The notes under the pieces: model-generated
The model's input: only the letters and a program-made list of their open reading frames with translations
Told to the model about the DNA's origin: nothing
The model's database searches: none
Virus record (IMG/VR): IMGVR_UViG_3300025529_000016
Span: 1 to 39,980 of that record
Length of the DNA: 39,980 bases
Source: a virus
Lineage: Duplodnaviria > Caudoviricetes
Reading direction: 5' to 3' (one strand)
Shown: piece after piece, positions 28,555 to 37,028 of the stretch
Numbering within the stretch: position 1 is the stretch's first letter
Layout of the letters: each line of letters begins with the position of its first letter
Program-made: the position numbers and the translations under genes

Positions 28555-28851
28555 TTGGCTATCACAACAACAGGACACACAAAACTAAAAAATTGGCTTT
28601 TGAACAATATCAAGCAAGGTCGCTACACATTGAATGGTACGAAATATACATGTCCAATTTACAAAACGGATTTAACAGGCGATGTCATTACTATTTACCT
28701 TTACTTAGACGATTCAGTGAGTGGGAACATCACAAGATTTGAATTACTTGATCAGGATGGAGACACCTTTGACGATCAGCCGGATAACATCAGCAAGCCA
28801 AATATTAATGGTTTGCTAGTTTCGTTTAAATACACATTAAAGAGAGTTTAG
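28555..28851 (+). CDS. Small baseplate/tail-fibre attachment protein
   Basis: TTG start, GGAGG RBS; ITRFELLDQDG. Confidence 0.7.
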   Translation: MAITTTGHTKLKNWLLNNIKQGRYTLNGTKYTCPIYKTDLTGDVITIYLYLDDSVSGNITRFELLDQDGDTFDDQPDNISKPNINGLLVSFKYTLKRV

Positions 28852-28864
28852 GGAGTGATCATAA

Positions 28865-31687
28865 TTGGCTTACACACCAAAGCTATGGCAAGATCGTATT
28901 AAAGATTCGACAGGAAAGATTATTCAAGAGGGAACGCCATTTTCTGCTGGAAATATGAATCATATTGAACAAGGAATTGCAGACGCCCACGCACAGTTGG
29001 ATGTAGCCAGCCGACAGGTTCAAACGTTGGGGCACGGTCTGTCTATCTTAAATGGAAATAACAATGCCCCGGTCGATATCCAAATTGAGGGGCGCACGTT
29101 GGTCAACGTGTCGCAAAACGTACTTGATCCAGCCAAATATTACGTTGTTGCGGACAAAAAATCGAAAGTCAAATTCAGCGATGGCACAACATATGCAGGG
29201 GTTGCGAAGTTTCAAGGTAGAGCCGAAAAACCGATTTTGATTCGGGTGGAGAATTTTGAGAATAAGGTGTCGGGGAGTACGGTAGAGAATCCGCATGTAG
29301 CAAAAAGTAATAGCAATATGGGAGGATCATGGACTACATTAAGTGCCCCATCTGGATTTTCTGTTGAATTTATCAATGCTTATTCGTTAGTAAGTAAGCT
29401 AGACGGTTCAGTGATAAACATAATACAAAATGCAAACGGAAATATGGCACAAACGCTCTTCTCCTTTAACCTCATCGAAGCCATCGAGCGTAACGTAGGG
29501 AAAATTCCTGCTTCCGATACAGCAGGGAAAGTAGCATGGTTGAAAAATAATATTGCGAGAATAACATTTAACTGGTGGGGATATGGTTCTTCTCCAACAG
29601 GAAATAAGGCAACAGTTGCTATTAAAAATAACAATACTGATGGTTGGGTTACTTGTAGCAGTCATACAAATTCGGCTGTTACAAAAGTTAAAGGCGAAAT
29701 TAATAACGGTCAATTGGGGTGGTTTGGCTCCGGTGGAGCATGCTGTGATTCTAATGGTCTCGTCCACTTCTTAGCCTATGCCGATCCATCAGATGGCGTA
29801 ACAGCGTCAACCATCTATACGGATTACGTTGAACTAGAAATCGAACTCAACCAAAACGCCCAACTTTGGAATCCACGTTTCCCATTGTATGAGGTTGATG
29901 CGACAACGGAATATCCGAACATTTTAACAACGTGGGATGAAAACGAAGTAATGCGCCGTTATCCGATGGTGGAATCGGTACAACACGTTCAAAATCCATA
30001 TGTGATGGCGGAAGGGGATAATTTAATTCCTCCGTTTACGGATAGTGCGTGGACTATTCATGCGAATGCGGTTGTAAGAGAGCCGTATAAACTTGATTTA
30101 AACGCATCAGGAAATGGAAATGTATCGTATTGTATAATTAACGTCTTTCCAAACCAAACGTATGTAATAAACGTGGATACTAATGCGAAATGTATGGTTT
30201 ATGATTTAGATGATCAAGGAAATAACAAATCTGTTCTAAAATATTATTCCGATAGTATACCAAAAACAATAACACCTACTACTAACAGAATTAAAGTTTA
30301 TTTATCAAACGATACTTTAGGAACAGGTAGCTATTACTTCAGGAATCCAATGCTTACTCTCGGCTCAACAGCAAAGCCGTTCGTACCCCGCAATCCATCT
30401 TATTTGTTTGCTGAAGTAAAGCTCGGGGCATTGTCCGATAAAAAAGATATTTTATTCAAAGACGGACAGGATTGGAAGGTAACAAAGTGGATTGAGAAAG
30501 ATGTTGTGTTAGATGGTAAATTGTCATGGACATTTAATACAGATTTAACAGGCGCAAAACGATTAGTTGTAAGGGATTTATTTCCCGATAATTTGGCGTT
30601 AAACCCTATTTCAACCAAATACAACGGCATGAACATGAAATTTGATACAGCCGTTACAAATATTGATACTTTTTCAGTCACACAATCAACAGGCGACTGC
30701 TGGATAGCTGTTTCTGACACCGACACTGGTTTTGGCGAACACTACAAACCATCTGTCCAAGAAATTCAAGCATACTTCAACGGATGGAAAGCGAATGGTT
30801 ATACAACAGGTACAGCCGTCACAAACGAATTAACAGGACAACTTGCATCCAATGGAACATATACGTTTGCCCAAAGCGGTTCTTACCGAAATGTAGTCGT
30901 TGAAAAATCAACGGACGGCTCAACATGGTCGCCTGCTGTTGAAAATACAGATTTCAAGATTGATATTTCAGGAACAAAAGCTGTATTGACAAACTTGAGT
31001 GCATCAGCATTGTATTTCCGCATTAGCTACAACTATGGAGTAACGGTGAATAGCTGGGCTTCATTAGTAGACGGAAGCGCACCGTCAACGAATACGCTTG
31101 CGTATGTGTCAGCGAATATGGCTTCGGGATTTACACCTTACAAGTTGTCTTATGTCCTTGCGACACCGCAGACGATTGTGGTAACGGATAAAGTCGAAGG
31201 CGATATTGTGGTGAATGGGGCTACACAAGTGGAAGGCGGGTCAGGAATTGTAATTAGAGAAAAAATTGCACCTAAACAGCACTCAACAACTCTTGATTGG
31301 TACATCAACGAGATTGGCGTATCATCAAGTGTGCAAGATTCGCCATTAAAATATCGCGTCAGCAAAATAATGAATATCTATCGAAATGGCGTGATTGATT
31401 CGAAATGGGCACAGACAACATCATCATCGAACCAAAACGGTACGGTTTATGCGACTATCAAGAACACTGACTATGATCCGACAGCAGAGTATAGCGTCAC
31501 ATACATGTTGCTTGACCGTCAATCATTTACAACAAATATTCTGTCTGTAACCGCAACTTATGCCAATAATATACGGACTGCTTTAGATGATACGATCAAG
31601 CGCGTTGAGGATAATACAACCAATATTAGCATTCAAGCAAGGCTTTTGTACGACATTCTAAAACGTTTGAAAGCAGGTGGTCTATAA
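28865..31687 (+). CDS. Tail fibre / receptor-binding protein
   Basis: N-terminal WQDRI...IQEGTPFSAGNMNHIEQGI; 940 aa, beta-rich. Confidence 0.85.
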   Translation: MAYTPKLWQDRIKDSTGKIIQEGTPFSAGNMNHIEQGIADAHAQLDVASRQVQTLGHGLSILNGNNNAPVDIQIEGRTLVNVSQNVLDPAKYYVVADKKSKVKFSDGTTYAGVAKFQGRAEKPILIRVENFENKVSGSTVENPHVAKSNSNMGGSWTTLSAPSGFSVEFINAYSLVSKLDGSVINIIQNANGNMAQTLFSFNLIEAIERNVGKIPASDTAGKVAWLKNNIARITFNWWGYGSSPTGNKATVAIKNNNTDGWVTCSSHTNSAVTKVKGEINNGQLGWFGSGGACCDSNGLVHFLAYADPSDGVTASTIYTDYVELEIELNQNAQLWNPRFPLYEVDATTEYPNILTTWDENEVMRRYPMVESVQHVQNPYVMAEGDNLIPPFTDSAWTIHANAVVREPYKLDLNASGNGNVSYCIINVFPNQTYVINVDTNAKCMVYDLDDQGNNKSVLKYYSDSIPKTITPTTNRIKVYLSNDTLGTGSYYFRNPMLTLGSTAKPFVPRNPSYLFAEVKLGALSDKKDILFKDGQDWKVTKWIEKDVVLDGKLSWTFNTDLTGAKRLVVRDLFPDNLALNPISTKYNGMNMKFDTAVTNIDTFSVTQSTGDCWIAVSDTDTGFGEHYKPSVQEIQAYFNGWKANGYTTGTAVTNELTGQLASNGTYTFAQSGSYRNVVVEKSTDGSTWSPAVENTDFKIDISGTKAVLTNLSASALYFRISYNYGVTVNSWASLVDGSAPSTNTLAYVSANMASGFTPYKLSYVLATPQTIVVTDKVEGDIVVNGATQVEGGSGIVIREKIAPKQHSTTLDWYINEIGVSSSVQDSPLKYRVSKIMNIYRNGVIDSKWAQTTSSSNQNGTVYATIKNTDYDPTAEYSVTYMLLDRQSFTTNILSVTATYANNIRTALDDTIKRVEDNTTNISIQARLLYDILKRLKAGGL

Positions 31688-31929
31688 TGGAAGAGTTGCT
31701 TCAAAGAGTCTTGCAAATTCTCGGCAAGACAGAAGAAGAATTTAATCAAGAAGTTGAGGAACTTAAAGGAAAGTCGCTCATTAACCAGGATGTTGGATCC
31801 TTGGCAGATGTGGCGGCTTTTTTAATTGTGAATTCTGACGCAATGGCACAAGCGAATGCTGAGTTAATTACTAGAATCATTGATTTAGAAAATAAAGTAC
31901 AACAATTGGAGGGAAATACAAATGCTTAA
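31687..31929 (+). CDS. Hypothetical tail-fibre-associated protein
   Basis: Coupled start; coiled-coil. Confidence 0.7.
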   Translation: MEELLQRVLQILGKTEEEFNQEVEELKGKSLINQDVGSLADVAAFLIVNSDAMAQANAELITRIIDLENKVQQLEGNTNA

Positions 31930-32065
31930 TTTTTATATCACTGCAGTAAAATATCAAATACTTTCAATCGACAAAGTCCCATCTGTGTATCAAGATCAAG
32001 TGAAAGATGCATTGGGATTGAATCAACAGGAGGATTCTGCAACTAATCCTGATACAACCATTTAA
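31922..32065 (+). CDS. Small CD1375/XkdX-like protein (47 aa, not in ORF track)
   Basis: GGAGG RBS; MLNFYITAVKYQILSIDKVPSVYQDQVKDALG... Confidence 0.7.
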   Translation: MLNFYITAVKYQILSIDKVPSVYQDQVKDALGLNQQEDSATNPDTTI

Positions 32066-32084
32066 TAGATAATAATTTTTGTTT

Positions 32085-32109
32085 AAAGCGCTCGTTATGG
32101 GCGCTTTTT
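32085..32109 (+). terminator. Intrinsic terminator before the lysis cassette
   Basis: AAAGCGCTC-GTTAT-GGGCGCTTT followed by TT. Confidence 0.7.
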
Positions 32110-32129
32110 GTATTGGGGGTATTAAAAAA

Positions 32130-32393
32130 TTGGAACAGAAAGATTACGAACGGATAACCGCATTAGAGACTCAACTTGAAACATTGACCAAAAGTGTGGA
32201 GAGAATTGAAACAAAACTAGATTTACTGACTTCTAGCTTCATAACGAGAAATGAAGCAGATATCAGATTCAAAAACTTAGAAAAAGAACTCAAAGAAGTT
32301 AAAGAAAATAAACGAGCAAACAGTGCTTTATTGGTGAGCGTCATATCTGTGGCGGTCACTTTTATTTTTGCACTGATTAATTTATTGAGGTGA
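32130..32393 (+). CDS. XhlA-like holin accessory protein
   Basis: TTG start after GGGGG; coiled coil plus a single C-terminal TM segment. Confidence 0.75.
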   Translation: MEQKDYERITALETQLETLTKSVERIETKLDLLTSSFITRNEADIRFKNLEKELKEVKENKRANSALLVSVISVAVTFIFALINLLR

Positions 32394-32398
32394 TAAAT

Positions 32399-32614
32399 AT
32401 GAAAATGGACAAAGCAACTCTAGCACGGACAGTAGTACTTATCGTGGCACTTTTGAACCAAGTATTGACGTCTTTAAATCTTAACCCATTGCCTTTTTCG
32501 GATTCTCAAGTTTATGATGCCGTAACTGTTGTATTTACAGTCGTAACGTCTTTAATCACTTGGTATAAGAACAACGAAATCAAGAAAAAAGGTGATACAA
32601 ATGCGCAAAACTAA
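32399..32614 (+). CDS. Holin, SPP1 family
   Basis: MDKATLARTVVLIVALLNQVL...PLPF...WYKNN; two TM segments. Confidence 0.92.
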   Translation: MKMDKATLARTVVLIVALLNQVLTSLNLNPLPFSDSQVYDAVTVVFTVVTSLITWYKNNEIKKKGDTNAQN

Positions 32615-33797
32615 AGCTATCACAGCGCTAGTCCTATCTTTGGGGCTGGCGTTTTCTTTTGGATTCAGTGCACATGCACAGCAACCCGATGTCGATTTCA
32701 TTGATGTATCACATCATAATGCACAAAAAGGCTTGCCACTTTCGTTCTATCAAACTATCAAACAAGGTGGAGTTAAGGGGGTTGTGGTAAAAGTTAGTGA
32801 GGGATCATACTATGTGGATCCTGCAGCAAGCGTCAACGTTGCCAACGCAAAACAGGCGGGGCTTATCGTTAATGCCTACCATTTTGCGCGTTTTAAAAGC
32901 AATGACCAGGCTAAAAGCGAAGCCAACTGGTTTGATAAAAAATTGAAGTTGGTTGGCTTTAATAAAGACAAAGATGGATATGTAGTGGTAGATGTGGAGG
33001 ATCCTAATCTATCAAATAGCCCATCAAAGTTGACCGAATATACAAATACATTTATCAAGCAAATGCATAATTTGGGCTATAAACGTGTAGACCTGTATTC
33101 GGGTTCATACTATTACAATAGTAGACTTCAGCCTAAGAACCTTGTTGTGGACAAGCCGTGGTTAGCTTCATACCCTATCAATCCACAAAAAGGACAACCG
33201 ACAGCTTACTTTAGCAATGGCCGTGGCGCTTGGCAGTGGTCTCAAAGTTATAGATTCATTGGCATGAATGGGTACGGGCTCTTTGATGTTAGCGAAGACT
33301 ATGCCGGAAAATATACGCAAAAGACTTCTTCTAATCAAGTAGTTACAAGCAATGTTGGAACGATTAAGATCGTGTCTTTGATTGATTACATGAAATCGAA
33401 GGGGATGGACACTTCTTTTGCCAATAGAGCTAAATTGGCTAAACAATACGGCATTACAAACTATACAGGAACGGCAGCACAAAACTTGGCGCTCCTCGCT
33501 AAGCTGCAAGCCAATGAAAAACCTGCAAAAGTAAACACTGGTAATAGCAAATTGACCACAAATCCAAGTGTAGTTACGGGAAAATATCGTCTTTTAACTG
33601 GAACTTTCCCAACGAAAAATGATTTGCATAAAGCAGCGCTAAAACTTAAAAGCAAAGAAAAAATCGCCGTTTATGAGGTCGACAAAAGTGGTTTACGATT
33701 AATGACTGGTACTTTCACCGGAAAAGAGGATGCCGATCAGATGGCAGCCAAAATCAAAAAGGAATTTGGATGGGTTGTGTATGTGAAAAAAGAATAG
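32601..33797 (+). CDS. GH25 muramidase endolysin with signal peptide
   Basis: IDVSHHN, VKVSEG, AYHFAR, VDVED, WQWS; N-terminal MRKTK-hydrophobic-AHA; DUF3597-like and SPOR-like C-terminal domains. Confidence 0.93.
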   Translation: MRKTKAITALVLSLGLAFSFGFSAHAQQPDVDFIDVSHHNAQKGLPLSFYQTIKQGGVKGVVVKVSEGSYYVDPAASVNVANAKQAGLIVNAYHFARFKSNDQAKSEANWFDKKLKLVGFNKDKDGYVVVDVEDPNLSNSPSKLTEYTNTFIKQMHNLGYKRVDLYSGSYYYNSRLQPKNLVVDKPWLASYPINPQKGQPTAYFSNGRGAWQWSQSYRFIGMNGYGLFDVSEDYAGKYTQKTSSNQVVTSNVGTIKIVSLIDYMKSKGMDTSFANRAKLAKQYGITNYTGTAAQNLALLAKLQANEKPAKVNTGNSKLTTNPSVVTGKYRLLTGTFPTKNDLHKAALKLKSKEKIAVYEVDKSGLRLMTGTFTGKEDADQMAAKIKKEFGWVVYVKKE

Positions 33798-33840
33798 GTT
33801 AATATTTCTCAACACAATTGTCGAATAAAAGGGGAAATAT

Positions 33841-34989
33841 TTGCATGAGTTGTCAAATAATGAGAGAATTAGTAGAGAGTATAGTCTAGAGATGGAAACA
33901 GGAGGTATTAATCAAGTGCATTCCATTAAAGATATTATGCTTATTCAAGATTTATTTAAATTAACGAAACCAGTATTAAAAGATATTGCTGCTGATCTTG
34001 ATATTGATACCTCACTTAACAAAACTGAATTGGTGTTAAGAATTTATCCTGAAAGGAATCGGTTTAGTGAGGAAACAATTTCAAAGATTGAAAATAGGAT
34101 ATTAGCAACTAAAGCTACTGCTGTTACCTGGTATAGATTTGATGGTAAGTTGTCTGCTAATGAGTTTAGAAGTCTTATAATAGAAAATTCGCATTTTAAT
34201 CCTTTTGAAGTAATGAATACTATTCAGGAAAGTGATGTCACCACTAGTCCTGAGTTAATAATAGGTTCAAAAGCTTTAAACGATTCTGGAACATTTTTAA
34301 GATATATTTATAAAAGTGGTGTTAGATATGATACAACTCCAACTACGATCAGACCAGTGCCTAAAGTAGCTATTTCCACAGTTTATTATGATGCAAATCG
34401 GGGAATTTTAGAAATAAGAGGAGATACACGAAAAGCTCCTGATATTGCAAGGAAGGTTGCTCAAACTCTGGGCATACAAATTACTATGGAGCATATAGAA
34501 GCACCGTTTAATCAAGAAATGGGAGCTATTGCTGACAGCTTAAACGGGCAGTTAACTGAAGCGACTTCTAAACCAGAATTGTATTTTGAAGAGTTTAGTG
34601 AAGATGAATTGCAATCAGTTGTGGATGTATTGAAAGCACTTGATGAATATATGCAAACAAAAGATTCTGATTTGTTGGAAACGCATTTGCAAAATGCTAG
34701 TGATTCATTCGCGAAAGGAGACGCCATTGTACCGTTTGCTGCTTTAGTTTTGTCAGGTATGGAAACTTTGGGTATTGCTGGAAGTAGTGAAATTAGATCG
34801 TTGCCATTATTTAGTTATTTAAATCCTTATTTACAGCATCAAGGTGGTTTTATTAAATTCCCATTTACTATTGATAATGTACAAGAAACTATTACTATAA
34901 GAATAGGTCTAACCACACAAAGCGTTGTATTTGTTTCTCCAGTTACTGAGTCTGTTATTGACTTTGTAAGAGAGAATGTTATCATTTAG
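33841..34989 (+). CDS. Cargo protein A, unknown function; N-terminal SAP/HeH-like motif
   Basis: AT-rich ORF; two plausible starts (TTG 33841 after AAAGGGG; GTG 33916 after GGAGGT); LTKPVLKDIAADLDIDTSLNKTELVLRI. Confidence 0.85.
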   Translation: MHELSNNERISREYSLEMETGGINQVHSIKDIMLIQDLFKLTKPVLKDIAADLDIDTSLNKTELVLRIYPERNRFSEETISKIENRILATKATAVTWYRFDGKLSANEFRSLIIENSHFNPFEVMNTIQESDVTTSPELIIGSKALNDSGTFLRYIYKSGVRYDTTPTTIRPVPKVAISTVYYDANRGILEIRGDTRKAPDIARKVAQTLGIQITMEHIEAPFNQEMGAIADSLNGQLTEATSKPELYFEEFSEDELQSVVDVLKALDEYMQTKDSDLLETHLQNASDSFAKGDAIVPFAALVLSGMETLGIAGSSEIRSLPLFSYLNPYLQHQGGFIKFPFTIDNVQETITIRIGLTTQSVVFVSPVTESVIDFVRENVII

Positions 34990-35017
34990 ATAAAATCGAA
35001 GGAGAAGAGGTGCTCAG

Positions 35018-35875
35018 ATGGCTAATCAATTTGAAATCAGAAAGAAAATAGAAAATTTCATCGAATTGTTAGTAGCAAGTAGAGTCGACAGGTTTTATCC
35101 TTCGGCTTTAGCAAAATATCTAGGCATCTCTTCTATTGAAGCGTTTAGTCACTTACTTGAAAGATGCGGGCCAGGAGATGAGTTGTTCTTAAAATGGGAA
35201 GTAAGATGCCCGTATTGTTATAGAACATTGAAAATAACCAACGATAAAACAATCGATGAAGAAATAGAATGTAACTGTGGAGAAGAATTTGAGTTACAGC
35301 CTTCAGATTTTTTTCCTGTGTTTCAAATTAATCCTGAGTATAAAAAATTTATAAATGATGAATTCAAAAAAAAAAGGCAGTCTAGTCTTGAAAACCCTTT
35401 TAATGATTTAATAGGTACTCCACAGTCTTTAGAAACATTATTACCGCATGGAGTACTAACTAAAGAACTAACCAAAAAAGCTTTAAGAAATCTGGAAAGC
35501 CAGTCACCAAATATTATTCAATTGACAATTGTTAAAGGGGATGTATATATGGAACAAAGAAAAATTGAAGGAAGTTTTAATAATTCTGATTTAAGGGGTA
35601 ATAGTGCTATTCAAGCTGATAATGTTTCACAAGTTCAAACTATTAATCAGTCCGTATTTGAAAAGGCATTTCAAGATTTATTTTCTGCCATTAAAAAGCT
35701 GCAAGATGAAACCATTAGAGAACAAGCTGAATTTAATGCGAAGTTGCTTCAAGAAGCATTTGAAAAAAACGATACAAATAAAGGTAAGATGCTTTTAAAA
35801 TTTTTAAAAGAGGCATTAGGGGCTATTGCACCATTAACAACTATTGCTAGTTATTTTGGAATATCCTTTAAATAA
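35018..35875 (+). CDS. Cargo protein B: wHTH-like + Zn-ribbon N-terminus, helical C-terminal module
   Basis: GAGGTG RBS; FYPSALAKYLGIS, CPYC...CNC; A10 run at 35366-35375; internal SD and ATG 35549. Confidence 0.85.
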   Translation: MANQFEIRKKIENFIELLVASRVDRFYPSALAKYLGISSIEAFSHLLERCGPGDELFLKWEVRCPYCYRTLKITNDKTIDEEIECNCGEEFELQPSDFFPVFQINPEYKKFINDEFKKKRQSSLENPFNDLIGTPQSLETLLPHGVLTKELTKKALRNLESQSPNIIQLTIVKGDVYMEQRKIEGSFNNSDLRGNSAIQADNVSQVQTINQSVFEKAFQDLFSAIKKLQDETIREQAEFNAKLLQEAFEKNDTNKGKMLLKFLKEALGAIAPLTTIASYFGISFK

Positions 35876-35981
35876 AAGCCTATTCTCAAAGAGAGGGATT
35901 ATTATTTATATTGTAAAAACATTTGTGATGGGAAATATTGAAAATTATTCCATCCGAAACTACCAGGTCCTGCTTTCCGAA

Positions 35982-36019
35982 AAGTCCTTTTCCATATTGG
36001 AAGGAGGGCTTATTTTTTT
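35982..36019 (+). terminator. Terminator of the cargo operon
   Basis: AAGTCCTTTTCCA-TAT-TGGAAGGAGGGCTT followed by ATTTTTTT. Confidence 0.75.
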
Positions 36020-36022
36020 ACA

Positions 36023-36071
36023 TTGAATAAGAACTAATGTTCGTAATATAATATAATAAGAACAAACGTTC
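36023..36071 (+). promoter_or_regulatory. sigma-A promoter with two LexA (DinR) SOS boxes
   Basis: TTGAAT-18bp-TATAAT; GAAC-TAAT-GTTC 36031-36042 and GAAC-AAAC-GTTC 36060-36071. Confidence 0.88.
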
Positions 36072-36087
36072 TTATGGGAGTGGTTCG

Positions 36088-36306
36088 ATGAAGGGATTGC
36101 TTTTGAACGCGAAAGAAAATAGAACACCTTTGCTGATCGTTTATATGAATGATCAAGGAGTCATTACTGAACGATTCATAACCGTGAAGGACTTTAATGA
36201 CGACTACATTAAAGCATATTGCCACTGGAAAAAGCAGTATCGTACATTCAAGCGTAGCAACATCCTTTCTATCGGACCGGTTCGACGACATAGAGTGGGG
36301 GCTTAA
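36088..36306 (+). CDS. Small stand-alone WYL-like domain protein
   Basis: IVYMNDQGVITERFI...KAYCHWKKQYRTFKRSNI. Confidence 0.78.
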   Translation: MKGLLLNAKENRTPLLIVYMNDQGVITERFITVKDFNDDYIKAYCHWKKQYRTFKRSNILSIGPVRRHRVGA

Positions 36307-36308
36307 TC

Positions 36309-36671
36309 ATGGATATAGATATAAATCAATTGAAATATTGTGATCGAGGCAACAAAAAATGGACATCTCTTATGCTGCCGGAACACGTGGAAATGTTGCG
36401 GCAATTTGCCAATGAGGAATACTACAAAACGCCCAAGCCAATGCTTGATCCATATCAGGTGCAGGAAATAGAGGAGAAGATCCATTATGCGATGGAATTT
36501 CACTATCAAGTCAAATTTGACGTCTGGTATGATGGATTTGTGGAGAGGGTGAGTGGCCACATTCATTATTTAGATCCGATTCGAAAAGAGATCCGTCTCA
36601 AAAATGATGACGGGGATGTGGAGCGCGTGAAATTTGCAAATATCATCGATGTAATTGTTGAAGACACATAA
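36309..36671 (+). CDS. yolD: YolD-like protein
   Basis: DRGNKKWTSLMLPEH, KPMLD. Confidence 0.92.
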   Translation: MDIDINQLKYCDRGNKKWTSLMLPEHVEMLRQFANEEYYKTPKPMLDPYQVQEIEEKIHYAMEFHYQVKFDVWYDGFVERVSGHIHYLDPIRKEIRLKNDDGDVERVKFANIIDVIVEDT

Positions 36672-36737
36672 TATATGGGGTGCAGACCACTATAAAATAA
36701 CTTATAATAAAATCATCCTTTCCCATAGCATTTTTTT

Positions 36738-36770
36738 GCCCACTGAATCATTTCAGTGGGCGTTTTGTTT
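36738..36770 (+). terminator. Intrinsic terminator after yolD
   Basis: GCCCACTGAA-TCAT-TTCAGTGGGC followed by GTTTTGTTT. Confidence 0.85.
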
Positions 36771-36846
36771 TATAGTTGTTTTTTGTCCCACAAATTTGAA
36801 TATAATTACAAATAGGACAGACATGGGGTCAGATTGGTTGAGATAA

Positions 36847-36900
36847 ACACAAAATGTGTATAGGGTGTATAGGTGTATCAGTACAGTCGCCATTCCACCT
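36847..36900. other. Putative attR junction (crossover near AT 36877-36878)
   Basis: Phage-side GTGTATAGG tandem repeats end where yhbH homology begins; in-frame TAG at 36870-36872. Confidence 0.75.
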
Positions 36901-37028
36901 TAATGTCCGCCTATAAAAACATCAAAGACGAAAAATTCCGTTATTTCATTTTAAAACAGAAAGAAGATGTCTTCCACGCCATGAAAAGCTTTTTTCATAA
37001 CGATGATCAGTCCAAAGTGTTGGCTTAA
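36877..37028 (+). pseudogene. yhbH: 3' fragment (49 codons) of sporulation gene yhbH, split by the prophage
   Basis: [49 protein letters not shown] matches the YhbH C-terminus as recalled; no SD-supported start. Confidence 0.85.

Larger units (their letters stand above)
1..36878 (+). mobile_element. Prophage (myovirus-like, probably pac-type), right portion; left end outside window
   Basis: Co-oriented replication, packaging, head, contractile tail and lysis modules ending where host yhbH sequence resumes. Confidence 0.95.

Noticed and set aside
28865-31687. Diversity-generating retroelement or invertible tail-fibre cassette
   Set aside because: No reverse transcriptase, invertase or template/variable repeat pair seen in this window
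33821-33827. TGTCGAA Spo0A box / sigma-H -10 upstream of the cargo operon
   Set aside because: Single 7-mer with no convincing matching -35; insufficient alone
35844-36026. 60-aa ORF as a third cargo gene
   Set aside because: No RBS, and it overlaps the terminator
36655-36846. 63-aa ORF next to attR as a recombination directionality factor
   Set aside because: No RBS, and it runs through a strong terminator; likely spurious
36856-36878. GTGTATAGG tandem repeat as a CRISPR or other array
   Set aside because: Under three short units with no spacers; better explained as the phage arm of the att site
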